A DNA stretch of 64,000 bases from Felis catus (lineage: Eukaryota), in assembly GCF_018350175.1 (NCBI RefSeq), contig NC_058368.1:133984001-134048000 (forward strand), given 5' to 3'. Shown here in pieces: positions 35,601 through 48,803 of the stretch. The position numbers and the translations under genes are program-made. Within the stretch, counting starts at the first letter, position 1. Each line of letters begins with the position of its first letter. The notes beneath the pieces are model-generated. The model did no database searches. It worked only from the letters and a program-made list of their open reading frames with translations, and was not told where the DNA came from.

Positions 35601-37305
35601 CCTACTCTTACCGCTACTCATAAATGGTGAGTTAACCTATAGCGCCCCTTCCTGGTTGTTTCCTTACCGTCAGCAGCAGCATCATTATTACTTCCTTGAA
35701 CTGTTACAGTGGCTATTAAATTTTGCCCCCATAGGCCGTGTAAACTGCATGCCATAGAAGGTTAAGCTAATATAACCAACCAATACTGGATACTTCGGTT
35801 AATCAAACATGACCACGCTCCTTTGGCAGTACTGTTTTTGCAGTTGTAGTGTCAACTGCGTACCTACTGAGAGAATTGTACTTCTAGCAGGCACATCCCA
35901 TGTTCCTGAGGCTTCTTGGCCATTCGAGTGTCATCCTTGGTTGATTAGTTCGTTCATCCATTCATATATTCAGAGAACATTTCCTGAGAGCTAGGCGCTG
36001 GGCTTGGTGCTAGGGCTTCAAAAGCCAAACTGGGGAGGCAGAGTTGCAGAGAGGTCATTGTAATTGGAAGTGAGAAGTGAAAGAAAGCTGTGTGCAAAGG
36101 GGGTTGCTTGGGTAGGAGAAGGTGAGGGCCACTCTCTCCGTTCTGATAGAGCTAGTGGAGGCCACCTAAGGAGGTGATATGTGTCGTGGGGATTTTTCTG
36201 ATGAACAAGAGATGGAGGTTTACGGCAACACTGAATAAAGTTACTCTAACGAAACAGAGGGAGATAGCTGCCTCTCCCTCCTCAAGCCTGCTGGCTTTGT
36301 CAAATTGTTCATACCCGCCACTAGCCAGAAAATGAAAGTATAAAACTACTTAGAGACCTAGTTCTAGGCTGGGGTTTATTTCGTGCATACACTATTAGAA
36401 GTAAACTTTGTGAACAAATGGAATGGTGTACTTGCACGGTCTCAGAACGTGCGGTGGGCAGATATAACCAGCATGCAAGCACATCATTGTGAGAAGATAG
36501 GTGGTTGCAACATCTTCACTAACCCCAAAGATAAAAAGGTGTGTGGTAATTCAGTAATATCACAGTGCTATCCCGGAAGTACTTGTCTTCTTGTCTGTTA
36601 TACAGGCACTCAATTCTGTGTCTTTTCTACCACAGAAATACAAAATGCATTTGGAAAAAACCCAGAACCAAACAGAATACAGTGTCTCCTGAGGTTTCTC
36701 CTTTATCTGTTCCCTGGAGGTAATGGGGAAAGACTAGTAAACCAAGATGAGAACAGCATCATTTGGGTGTACAATCCATATAATGATGCTGTGGCAATAA
36801 TTCTTTGTTTCTTACACTAATCGAGTCAAAGGCTTATAATAACATGATTCTGAAGCCAGAGCAGACAGCAGATTTCTGTGGACCATAGTCTCTCAATTAG
36901 ATTTCTGTGGCTTAGCTACAGGAAGCCATCAGAAGTTAAAGACTTAATTTTTCTCATGGTGTTTCCTAAAGAAACATGAGCAGTATGCAGTTTTCCTAAC
37001 CACCTCTCCATCTTGAAACATTTTGTTCTCTCTGCTTTCTGCTGCCATTGTCAATATGGCAATTCATTATTGCAGTCATGATGAATGGGCTGATGCTGTC
37101 TTTGTTCTCACTTTCCTGAATTATCCTCTAGTTAGGGAGAACCTGCACTGGTCTTGGGAGACCCGTAGCTTATCTGGACTGGCCTGATACCTGTGAACAG
37201 CCCTCTTTGGTGAGCACCTGGACTAGGTTCCAGTTCTCCCTCCAAACTTCAGATTTAAAAGCACTCCCATATCACAGTTAAAAAAAAAAAAGCCATTTCA
37301 GTAAA

Positions 37306-37521
37306 TTTTTTTTTTAATGTTTATTTATTTTTGAGACAGAGAGAGACAGAGCATGAATGGGGGAGGGTCAGAGAGAGAAGGAGACACAATCCGAAACAGA
37401 CTCCAGGCTCTGAGCCATCAGCACAGAGCCCGACGCAGGGCTCGAACTCATGGACCGGACCGCGAGATCATGACCTGAGCCGAAGTCGGATGCTTAACCG
37501 ACTGAGCCACCCAGGCGCCCC
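37306..37521 (-). mobile_element. CanSINE
   Basis: CAGTAAA(A)TTTTTTT on both flanks. Confidence 0.95.
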
Positions 37522-37943
37522 CAGTAAAATTTTTTTCTGAGCTGATGGGCTGCTCTTGTGGCATGTCCTGGAAGTTATTGTCAGATTTCAAAGAGATCAT
37601 TTAGTACTCAGGGGGCAAAGGTGGGACAGTGTGGTAGTGAGTAGTTACATACAGGGCAAAGTGACCCTCTGAAGATTTTTGAAGAGTCATCTTTCATGCC
37701 ACAGCTGTATATTCTTGGCAGCATTAGGATGGTATTGTCTTTTTTTACTTATTTTGACTCTGGGGGCCGTCGGAAGGTGGACATTTTGATATTCTGTACT
37801 TGGCCAAGCAGTGGCTACTTACCTTCAGCATCGGTGCCCCGAGAATAGGTCACAGCTTGTTACGACACCAGTAGGATGTGGCAGGAAGGCCTGGAAACCC
37901 GACAACCTAGGGTTCAATTTCTGTATCCTCCTTTGATTTTTAA

Positions 37944-38162
37944 AAAAAATTTTTTTTTTCAACGTTTATTTATTTTTGGGACAGAGAGAGACAGAGCATG
38001 AACGGGGGAGGGGCAGAGAGAGAGGGAGACACAGAATCGGAAACAGGCTCCAGGCTCTGAGCCATCAGCCTAGAGCCTGACGTGGGGCTCGAACTCACAG
38101 ACCGCGAGATCGTGACCTGGCTGAAGTCGGACGCTTAACCGACTGCGCCACCCAGGTGCCCC
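37944..38162 (-). mobile_element. Young CanSINE (SINEC_Fc type)
   Basis: 18-bp TSD TCCTCCTTTGATTTTTAA at 37926-37943 and 38163-38180. Confidence 0.97.
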
Positions 38163-38454
38163 TCCTCCTTTGATTTTTAAGACGAGTGGGATTCGATTTT
38201 TTGTTCATTTCACTGATGTCACGTTTTCACTGATAAAAGTGAGTGGACATGTCATGTTTACCTCTTCCACTTTGTGGGACAAAGTAGGAACAAGTAGGTG
38301 GGGGGGCAAGGTGAAGAGAGTCCGTGTTCATCACTCCACTAAGGCCATGGGGAGGGATGCATCCCTTCTTTTCTCGCTGAGGACACAAGTTCATAGAACA
38401 AAAACATTAAAGTTCTCCCTTGAGTTGTAACTGGGTTATATCAGGCCTTTAATA

Positions 38455-38635
38455 GGCTTTACTGAGTTCTGTGCAAATACTAACTCATTAAAATCCATGA
38501 TGTAGGCACTATTATTATCCTTCTCATTTCACAGAAAAGAAAGTAACTTGCCCAAGGTCACATAACTAGTAAGATGCGGAACAGGGATTCAAACCCAGCA
38601 GTATATTCTGGAATCTGCACTCTCAATTGCCATGC
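38455..38635 (-). mobile_element. MIR
   Basis: AAGTAACTTGCCCAAGGTCACATAACTAGTAAG...GGGATTCAAACCCAG. Confidence 0.85.
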
Positions 38636-39624
38636 TTGGTTGCTACTCCTCCTACCTGGTGCTGGCTGGTTCTTCTCTAGTACCTCTTGGGAAAGCATAT
38701 GTTCCATGTTTGTTTAAAAAAAAAAAAGGGCTCATATAACCTCTTCATAATAGGATGTGATGTCATTTTGTGCCCACTGCTTTCCAGGTAGTATTTCAAG
38801 TGGAGTGAGTCCTGAGCCTAAGAAGGGCTACTCACGGTTGGAAGGGTACCACCGACAGGGATTGTTGGCCTTCTCAATGACAAGCCTGCCCTTCCTAAAA
38901 TTTAGGAAACTTGTATCCATGGGCTTTAACCCCAAAAGTATAAACAAAAGAGGAAACAAAGTGAATTGGCTTCTCAATTGTAAACTCCAAAGGAAAGTAT
39001 AAAAAAAAAAAATCAGTGGTGGTGTTTTGATAGTCAAGGTCAAATAATTCATTTTGCTTTTCAGAATGAAACCACTTTTACTGTGTCAGACTTTATGGCC
39101 TTATATAATTTATGTACTCCCCTAATGTTGGTGGCTCATGGAAACTCAGTAAAGTTGCTCTAGGAAACCATAATCATCGATTTATTTGAATTCTGGATCC
39201 TCCTCTGGGGAGTATGTTTATTGCCCCCTTTTATACTCCCAGTGTGCCCTATGACATCTGAGCAGTGAGTATTTTCCCCTAATGTGGCATTAAGATTAAA
39301 GACCCTAACTGTGTTGATTTGTAGCAAAATGAAGTTTGTTGTTGACTTGTTTGACTGTCCTTGTCTTTCATTTTATGTTGCAATTTAGGGTAGGGAATAA
39401 TTTGCTAAAACGTCTTGTCTAATCCTTCTGAATTTCAGAAAGCAGATTGAAACAAAGACCTATCTCAGATGGTGGTGCTTCCTGTTTTGTACCTACTTTG
39501 AAAGTCTCATTTAACCTAATACTGAGACTCTCTGGGCACTCAATTCCCTAGTTTCCCTGGTGCAACCTAGGTAAACATGCTGGTTGGTGAGTAAAAGTTG
39601 AGGAATGGGCAAAGAACAACCTTA

Positions 39625-39825
39625 TCTTGAATACCTATTATGTGCTAAGAATTATACTAGTGTTTACACACGTTTTCTCATTAAATTCTCAAATTAATCC
39701 TATGATGCAGTTCCAAATCACCCCATTTTATGACTTAAAAAAGCAATATTCCAAGATTTTGAGTATTTTTCTCAGGACCTCAGCTAACTATGACTGAGAT
39801 ACAAACACAGGTCTGCCTGGTTGCA
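39625..39825 (-). mobile_element. MIR (degenerate)
   Basis: CCCCATTTTAT core within a MIR-like layout. Confidence 0.55.
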
Positions 39826-39887
39826 CAATGCATGTTGCTTCCACCCAGCAGGGCTCACCATGAGTCAGAAAAATGTGAGTTTGTCCA

Positions 39888-40440
39888 CATATTCATTCAT
39901 TGCACAGATTTTTACTGAGCCTCTGTTGTGTACCAGGTACTTACCTAGTCTCTGGCAGTCCAGTAGTGTTCAAAACAGAAATGATGACTATTCTGAGACT
40001 TTGCCTTCAAGGTAGAGATGGTGGAGGCAGGTTGAGAGATCATACATAGTACATAAATTAAAATTTCATGATCAGTGTTTTTATAAAAATAAAGCAGGAA
40101 GATATAAGACAACAATGGATGATCAGGGACAGTGTTGTTGAGCAGGTGACACTTGAGTTGAGCTTTGGATGGCCAGAGGAGCAGCCGTCTGGAGCAAGAG
40201 CTCCTAGGCTGAGGGATGGTGGGGGTTGCTGACTGAAAGCAAGGGTGGTGGAGACACCGGGAAGGGAGAGCAGGTAGGAGGTGTGGTTGGGAAGGCACTT
40301 GGGGCCAGGATCATGTACAGCCTCGTTGATCAGAGAAGACATTTGGATTTAAGAGTCCCCTCAGAGTATTAAGTGGGGGAGTGATACGATTTGTTCATTT
40401 TTGAAATTCAAGGAATCGATTAAAGGGACTGTCCTGGAGA
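39888..40440 (-). mobile_element. L2 fragment(s)
   Basis: ATTCATTCATT...ACTGAGCC...TGTACCAGGTAC L2 3' end pattern. Confidence 0.6.
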
Positions 40441-40629
40441 CAGTCAACGGGACGAGCTGCTGCCTCTAATATACCATGTTGTATTGCATATGAAATGGGT
40501 GCCTTTGCATATCAGTTTTACCCTTGATAGAATGAGGGCAACTTGGATTCCATGTTTATGTCTAAATATCATAATAGTTGTAAAATGTAACAGAGAGAAG
40601 ATCATTTTATTCACAAAATAGCACACATG

Positions 40630-42285
40630 ATAATATATATGAAGAAAGTGAATGCATTATTGAGAAAAATAAAACTTGAATAGACATGACTTGCTTGTTC
40701 CTAGAAGGAACAGTTTACTCAAATTGTAAGGCTATCAGTTTTTTTCCAAATGATTCTAATAATTTAACACAATTCTAATAATAATGCCATTTTTTTTGGA
40801 GGGGGAACTGATAAAATAATTATGAAATGCATTTGAAAGAATAAACAGTGGTAATAATGATGGGAAAATTGCCTCCTGAGACATTAATATGGCTTATAAA
40901 GCTGTCATAATTAAAAGAGATAATAGTAGCAGAGGAATCAGGAAGAAAATCTGTGGAGTAGAGCAACGATGCTAGAAATGACCATAAGTGAATATACAGT
41001 TTGGGTATAAAATCGATAAGTAATCTAAAAAATGAGTTATGAATTTACAGAATGCTTTGTAAATGGTGTTTGGACATTTGATTTAACAAATTATAAGAAA
41101 TAAAGTACATATTACACCAATGAGTGCTAGATAAATGAAATATTGAAATGTAAAAAATACTTTGATGTACAAGAAGAAAACTTAGATATTTTTAAAACCT
41201 TAGAGAGAGATTCTTTTTATGGATAATGACGGTGACATTTTTAAAAATTAAAAAAAAGGAAAAAATTTTAAAAATTAAAAAAATGAAAGAATTGGGAGAA
41301 ATATATTTAATACATTATTTTGGCAAGTGATTACTATATAATGAGCCCTGAAAGAAAATCAGCTATGGACAGGAGTAGAGATTTTACAAAAGCACTAATG
41401 AAAATACCAAAACATATGAAAAATGCCCTGCCTTGGTGCTAACTAAGGAAGAACAAATAAAAGATCAGTGAGATATAATTATTTCCCCTTTAAAATTGGC
41501 AGAGATGAGGGGCGCCTGGGTGGTGCAGTCGGTTAAGCGTCCGACTTCAGCCAGGTCACGATCTTGCGGTCCGTGAGTTCGAGCGCCGCATCAGGCTCTG
41601 GGCTGATGGCTCGGAGCCTGGAGCCTGTTTCCGATTCTGTGTCTCCCTCTCTCTCTGCCCCTCCCCCGTTCATGCTCTGTCTCTCTCTGTCCCAAAAATA
41701 AATAAAAAAACCTTGAAAAAAAATTAAAAAAAAAATAAAATAAAATTGGCAGAGATGATCAAATGCTAACACCCAGTGCTGGTGTGGGGTAAAGGACACT
41801 CTTTAATACGTTGCTGATGGGAATGAAAATTCATACTTGTCAAGGCAATTTAGTAATACGTGGAAAATCTATGCCTTGTTTCTAGTAATTTATCTTAAGG
41901 ATGTGAAAATATGTGTAAGAAGTCAGCTATTAGGATATTTATCTCAGCACTCTGTGTAAGAACCAAAGTGTCCCAAAGGAGGATTGATTGTACATTATGG
42001 TGTAGGGATAACAATGGAAAACAGTAATTAAATATAATGTGGTAGACATGTATAGATGGGAAAGACCTCCACAAAGCATTTCAAATGAAAATACAAAGCT
42101 TATACAACAATATGTTAAGCATGATCTCTGCCCCCTTTTTTGTTAAACTGTGGGTGTATGTGTATTAATGTGTATAGAAGAGGTTTTGTCAAGTTGTCTC
42201 CGAGTGAATGTGATTGTAATTTGTTTTGCTATCCTTTTTACATATCTAATTTAAAATGTTTCTATTGTGAATGTATTTTAAAACA
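40630..42285 (+). mobile_element. Ancient L1M (ORF2 3' part and 3'UTR)
   Basis: A-rich, degenerate similarity to the 3' part of L1 ORF2. Interrupted by a SINE. Confidence 0.7.
41509..41740 (+). mobile_element. Young CanSINE (SINEC_Fc type)
   Basis: 18-bp TSD TAAAATTGGCAGAGATGA at 41491-41508 and 41741-41758. Confidence 0.97.
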
Positions 42286-42289
42286 TTGT

Positions 42290-42470
42290 AGCTAAGAACG
42301 TGGGCTCAGATGTTCAGATGGACCTGTGCACATCTGTCTAGTGTGCTTTGATACTGGTTAGCTATAAAATGCACCTCATACTAATACCTACCTCATAGAT
42401 GGTTGTGTTAAAATAATGCATGAAAAGCACATAGCATATTTTTGTCATGGCTAGTCCTGTTAATTATTTA
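42290..42470 (+). mobile_element. MIR
   Basis: TATAAAATG...AATACCTACCTCATAGATGGTTGTG...AAAGCACATAGCA. Confidence 0.65.
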
Positions 42471-42891
42471 TTTTTACTTTTTACTATTACTATTTTCTCA
42501 ATAATTTGAAAATATTCTTTTAAAATAGAATGTATTGGCTCTATAATTCAAAGAGGATTGGGTAAGCATCAGCTCATCTTCTTAGATGGTCAAAACCTAT
42601 CTATTCGCTTATTTCTCACTTGTCCCAAATGTTATCTCTACATTGTGCAATGCAAGTTCCACCAGCCAGGACAAGGCAGTTACCACTTCTCGCCCGGATT
42701 ATAAAACCCCCTGGACGTGACTGTTTCTGGGTGCAGTCCTTGAGAATCCCACTGCTCTACAGTTTCAGTTTGTAAGTTGTCAGATTACTTCATTTTGGAA
42801 AAAAAAATAGACAAAGAATGGTAGCTGAAAACACCCCTGTGTGTTTCCCTAAATAATGGATAAGCAAGATAGACTGTACTAAAGCAATAAT

Positions 42892-43109
42892 GGGGCGTCT
42901 CGGTGGCTCAGTCGGTTAGGTATCTGACTTCAGCCCAGATCATGATCCCGCACTTCGTGGGTTCAAGCCCCACGTTGGGCTCTGTGCTGGCAGCTTGGAG
43001 CCTGGAGCCTGCTTCAGATTCTGTGTCTCCATCTCTCTCTGCCTGCCCGCCCCCCTCCCCCCACTTGCACTCTTTCTGTCTCCCCAAAATAAATAAGGAT
43101 TAAAAAAAA
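42892..43109 (+). mobile_element. CanSINE
   Basis: TSD TAAAGCAATA at 42880-42889 and 43110-43119. Confidence 0.95.
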
Positions 43110-43130
43110 TAAAGCAATAGTGAGGGCCTT

Positions 43131-43600
43131 TATTTTATTTTATATATTATATATATTATATATACATTAATAATTTATTGTCAAGTTAGCTAACAGTGTA
43201 TACAGTGTAGTCTTGGCTTCAGATGTAGATTCCCATGATTCATCACTTACATACAACACCCTGTGCTCATCCCAACAAGTGGCCTCCTCAACACCCATCT
43301 CCCATTTTCCCGTTCCCCCAACTCCCCACCCCTATCAACCCTCAGTTTGTTCTCTGTATTTAAGAGTCTCTTATGGTTTGCCTCCCTCTCTGTTTGGAGC
43401 TTATTTTTCATTCCTTTTCCCCATGGTCTTCTTTTAAGTGTCTCAAATTCCACATATGAGTGAAAACATATGATATCTGTCTTTTTCTGACTGACTTATT
43501 TCACTTAGCATAATACCCTCCAGTTCCATTCATGTTGTTACAAATGACAAGATTTCATTCTTTGTCATTGCCGAGTAGTATTCTGTTGTATATATGTACG

Positions 43601-43636
<36 letters not shown>

Positions 43637-43698
43637 CGTACATATATATATATATATACACACATATCTTCTTTATCCATTCATTAGTTGATGGACAT
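43131..43698 (-). mobile_element. L1 3' end fragment with an internal (AT)n expansion
   Basis: Homologous to 2280-2690. AT-rich tail at 43131-43170 and (TA)n at 43589-43660. Confidence 0.92.
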
Positions 43699-43903
43699 TT
43701 TTTAAAGTTTGTTTATTTTGAGAGAGAGGGAGAGAGAGAGCATGGAGGAGAGGCACAGAGAGAGAGAGAGAGGGAGAGAATCCTAAGCAGGCTCCATGCT
43801 GTCAGCAGGAGGCCAATTTGGGACTCTACCTCAGGAACTGTGAGGATGACCTGAGCTGAAATCAAGAGTCAGATGCTTAACTGACTGATCCACTTAGGTG
43901 CTC
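43699..43903 (-). mobile_element. CanSINE fused to the 5' side of the L1 fragment
   Basis: Tail, linker and head in reverse. Followed by TSD copy at 43904-43919. Confidence 0.92.
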
Positions 43904-46900
43904 CAATAGTGAGAGCCTTGAAAAGTTTGGTTTGGTGCAAAGATTTTGTGGTACAAACACGGTACATTTGCTTCCTTGTGAAACATGTCCAGAAAGGGGC
44001 GGGGAACCAGTCCATGGGTTATCTATCACATGTCCTTGTTCAAACCTATGGTCATGCCATGTATGTTTCAAGAAATAATATTTCCCAAAGCAGTGCTTCT
44101 TAGGCTTTTGGTCAGTCTGGGGCTTACCTGGGGCTTCAGATAAGGCTTAAGATAAGGAGGAAGGAAGAGTTATGCCTTTTAGATGAGTGCCTAATTGTTA
44201 AATTCTTCATTCCTCATTCTTCTTTTCTCCTCTTGTTCAATTACTCCTTCTTCCTCCTTATCTGTGAAACACATTCATCAACTGTTAGCACTTCTTCATT
44301 CAGGAATGGATAGATTTAACAGTTGTAAGGAGAGCTTGAGAGCTTTATCTACACACATTTCATAGTTTTGATATATTTAAACACACTGGTCGGTCTGAAG
44401 GCAGCAGGGAGTAGGTGGGTAATGAGTTACAGCACTGCTTTGCCTTGTTAAGGAACATCACCAGAATGTTTAAATGGGGTTTCCATCTAGTCCTATATGC
44501 TGTAAGTTAAGAAAGTGGATAAATCTCTATAACTGGCTGGTAGAATTTTTTTTTTTTCCCACCAGGCATTCATTTGAGTCACAAAAGAAGAACTGGATCC
44601 AATAAGATATATGCAGGTTGACAAGTGGCTTATTTAACTTAATACAGGAAAATATAAAATAATGGAAACTAGGTCAAAAATGGCAAAAAGGATTAGGGCT
44701 TGAATAGAGACAGGCTTCCAGACAATGAAGGGAAGGGGATCTGGCAGTAATAGTGTCTGTAAAGCCCAACCCATCAGCTTCATGTCTGGCAGTAATTAGG
44801 AGGCCGAAGGAATACTGTAATGAATCAACTGAGGACAAGAATGGAAAAGAGAAAGGGTTGATAGGCTCTGTGAAGCTGGATGGCCTTACAGTGGAAGGGG
44901 AGGACTTGCAGGAGGCAGTCCCCTGAGTTAGAAAGAGACAGCAGGAGAGCCTCTTCTCTGTCCTCTTTGTGGGTGGTCGGGTGACAGACATACCGGAGAG
45001 AGGAGACAGAGTGGTCAAAAGAGGAAGTGTTGAGAGGGGCAGGAGGTTACCTATCACGATGACCTGTGGGGAGTTCAGGTGCTACCACTCATGACTTCCT
45101 CAGGTTCCCTGGCTTGCCCCCTGTGGGCCTTGTGGCCCACCTGTCACTGTTAATTTCCATCCATCTCTTTGAAACTAGACTCGAAGGAAGAGTTAGCTCC
45201 TTAGTAGGGTCCGTCTTAGTTAGGACCCCTCCATCTTTTCTAACATGCTGCTACTGAATCCTTTCTCCCCCCAGCCTCCTGCTTCCCAGGGAGGGCAAGC
45301 ACACTCAGACATGACAGCTTTTTGGACTTCAGCACTGGGTTCTCCAAGACTTGCCAGTCTGTTCCGTTATTTAACCAGGACGCATACCAGCTGGGTTGAA
45401 GAGTGCAGCTGGATGTCTTTCAAGGCTCATCTGAGCTTCAGCTGCAGTGTATTTTTTGTGTTTGTCTACATCAGGGTTGCCAGTTCATGCTGGGAAGCTG
45501 CGCAGGAATCCTTTCTCTTCCATTTGCTCTGCAGAACACCATGTGCAAGGCGGTGTCCAGTCCACACTCTGAGGCAGTTAGGATTGCTACAGAAACAGGG
45601 GAATGAACAGTGCGAAAAGAACCATAGGCTCAAATAGACATGCTGAGCTCTGGAATCTGAATTCAAATATGGCTCTTCCCTGGCATTTGAAACAAACACA
45701 GTATCCCAGGAGGATGAGAAAAGCATGGTCCACATGGTGTCTTTGTTGAGTCAGTCCTCAGCGGGGTGGGGGGGGGTGGGGGGGGTGCGGTGAGGCTCTG
45801 AGGCCTCTTGGGGTATGAGAGGAAATATCAAAGAGCCTGGCTTAGCAAGGAGGGAAATTAACTCTCATGGGTCACCTGGCATGCCTATAGTATCCTCCAC
45901 CAGGAAGGACTTAGGCAATGGCCTACAGTTGTCTTATTGTGAGGACAATCAAGTGGTTCACATGGATGCTGTCTCCTAACAGGCCTGCGTGACAGCTAAA
46001 TGCCCAGCTATAGGATAGCGGATGCTGTGATTCAGAGATTTTTTCCGTGTTTGTGTTTTCAGGACATTTCCTAGCTACCAAGCCATATGTATGCAAGCTC
46101 AGCCATTCCTTTGAAAACCAAAGCTAATTCGCTCTATCAGAAATAAGCATTGTTTGGGGCATGAGAGGTATAGCCACGAACAAAAGAGATATCAATTCTT
46201 GCCCTCCAAGCTCATACATTCTTGTGGGTAGTCAGGGAAAACACAAAATAGGGTATTACTTATAGAGTATAATGGGTGGTGATAAGTGGTATTTAAAAGA
46301 AAGATGAGGGGGGCATAGGAAGTGTCAGGGAAAGGGTTGAATTTGATGGTCTTGAAATATCCAGATGACTGGCAATACGCAGACGTAATTTTAAATATCC
46401 AGGAATTTATTTTCAGTTCTCTTGTAGGTATTCATATTGTGTTAATAGCAATGTTTTTCTCTAGTGCATTGTAATTTTTAAAGCACTCTCATACCTATTA
46501 TTTCCACAGTGGAAAGGGAGTGCCTCTGCCAGTTTCACGTACATAAGTACTTAGCTCCGTTCAGGACTGGATTTGAGCTCTATTGCACTGGACTTAACAA
46601 CACATTTAGGTGACTTACTGGAAAAGTGCTCCTTAAAGTTCTCACATTGAACTTTATCAATCACTCCATCGGGAAGCCAAAGGGCAAGACGCCTCCCCAA
46701 TGGCCTGGAGGACTCTTGAGAAGCTCTGGAATGAGGAGTCCTTGAACACAGCAGCATGCTAGTATACTCTTCCACTGTCTGGGATAGGTTTCTCTGTCAT
46801 GGAAGCAACATAGAGCCTTTGTAAACCATCACAGTCATGTACACAGGGACACTCCACAGTCATTGTCACGCCCAGGTGCTAACACCCCATCTCCAACTCA

Positions 46901-47399
46901 GCTGTGCATTTTTCCTTGGGCATCCTACTTTCACACCAAAGTCATTTTGTCTAAATGAAGCTCACCCTCCTTGCTTGCCCCTTCCATTCTGGCTTCTTCT
47001 CTTGAGTCTTAAATCTTTGAGCACTCCTTAGATACCCCTTTTGTTCCCCCTCCATGTAGGAGCTTGTCCATTCTTCACATCCTTTCTTCCAGTCACCTCT
47101 GGGCCAGGTCAGGACTTACAAACTCTGAACAAATTTCTGAATAATTACAACGCCCTCCTCTTTGGTCACTTCAATTTCGGTGTCATTTTGAATGTTCAGC
47201 TGCTCACCCTTCCTGAGCACAGACATCATCCCCTTGCCAGACCCATCTGCAAATTCCTTGCAGGTTTTCGTTCTCTGTGCTTGCTGCTCATTGCCCCTCC
47301 CACCAGTCTCCAATGAGAAGAACCAGTCCCTTCTCTCTTTGCCCTCTCTAAATCTGACTCATTCATCACATTCTTGCTCAGAGGCAGCCTCCTCAAAGA

Positions 47400-47589
47400 T
47401 AGGCTTGCAGATAAAATACAGGACACCCAGATAAATGTGCACTTCAGGTAAACAAATACTTTTTTACCATAAACATTTATCAAATATTGCATGGGATATA
47501 CTTATTCTAAAAAGATTATTCATCGTTTATGTAAAATTCAAATTTAACTGGACATCCTTTATTTTAATTTGTTAAAACTGGCAACTCTA
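47400..47589. mobile_element. MER53-like palindromic hAT MITE
   Basis: TAGGCTTGCAGATAAAATACAGGACACCCAG ... CTGGACATCCTTTATTTT...CTGGCAACTCTA, symmetric about CAAATATTGCATGGG. Confidence 0.85.
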
Positions 47590-47739
47590 CTGCAATAAGT
47601 ATTCCTTGGCTACTCTGTGTAGTTCCCTGGGCTTGATGCCTGCAGAAAGCCTATAGCACTCACATCGTTGAATCTTTGTACAAGAGGGTAGGGTATAGGT
47701 GGTAAATCAAAAACTACTGCTTGCATTCTTGGAATCAGT

Positions 47740-48500
47740 GATCACTCAATACCTACTATGTTTTAGGAAATGTGTAAGGCATCCTGGGTGCAAAAATAAA
47801 CATAATGCCTGTTCTCCATAGTGCCTGGGTAGAGCAGCAGGCCTCCCTAGCGCACAATTACAGTGCAGCATTTTGATGGCCACTATACTTGCTATGAGCT
47901 GACTTCTTGGAGGAGACAGGTCTTGAAGGATGACTAGGGAGGTAGGAAGAGGGTGTCTCTGGACAGAGAGAGAAAGATAGGCAGAGACCCAGGTGAGAGA
48001 GAGATTAGGGTATGACCAGGAAGTTGGTAGAAAGTTCATTGTTGTTCTCGAGGAAATGTGTCTATAAGTAACACGTGGTGTTGTCTGGAGGTTTGGTCAG
48101 TATACATTTCTCAGCATACCACTGAGGATGAAGTTTGGAAGGTTGGACAAAGACCAGAGCATGAAGATTTTGTAGCTCACACTTAAGAGGCTGAGCGTTA
48201 TCCTGAAAGCTGTGGAGAACCACTGCACCTTTTAGAGAAATGACACACTCAAATGCATATTTCAAGGAGGAACTCAGAGAATTGCTTCAAGGGGCACGAT
48301 TGCCAGAAGGGATACCAATGTGGTGGCAGCTACAGTGGTTCCGGGTAGAGATGCCAAGGGTGCTGGGATTTAGGGGTGCACATGTTCAGGAGATCTGAAG
48401 AGCATAAAACATCAACGGGACCTGTGGCCAAATTGGACACGTTAGGTGATGGACGGGGGAGGAGTGAACATTTCTGGCATGGGCACCTGTGGGGATGACA
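47740..48500 (-). mobile_element. L2 fragments
   Basis: Degenerate L2 pattern. Boundaries approximate. Confidence 0.45.
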
Positions 48501-48661
48501 GAGATATCTATCTAGGTAGAGGGTATAGAAAGTTAAGCAGGTTTGAGGGGGTGAGGATTATGAGGAGATCTGTCTGAACGTGTTTTATGTCACACTTGGC
48601 ATTTATTATACTTGGTTGTATTTTGTTCCTCATCTTTTCCTGTGCTCTGTTGTCTCCCCAG

Positions 48662-48803
48662 GTGGACTCTGATCCTTCTGAGGTCTTGGACTGCATTGAG
48701 CAACCTGGGGATGCCCCGGAGCCTTTAACTCGTTACCACCCCTCGCAAGTTCACCTCACCACACGCGACTATGTGAAGCCCCAAGCTGAGGCTGCCAGCA
48801 GCT
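48662..48803 (+). other. Candidate internal exon (142 nt)
   Basis: Long pyrimidine tract ending TGTCTCCCCAG|G, donor GCT|GTAAGC, local CpG retention, and one frame open throughout. Confidence 0.45.

Noticed and set aside
36383..36820. 145-aa ORF
   Set aside because: GTG start, no recognisable domain and no flanking splice signals.
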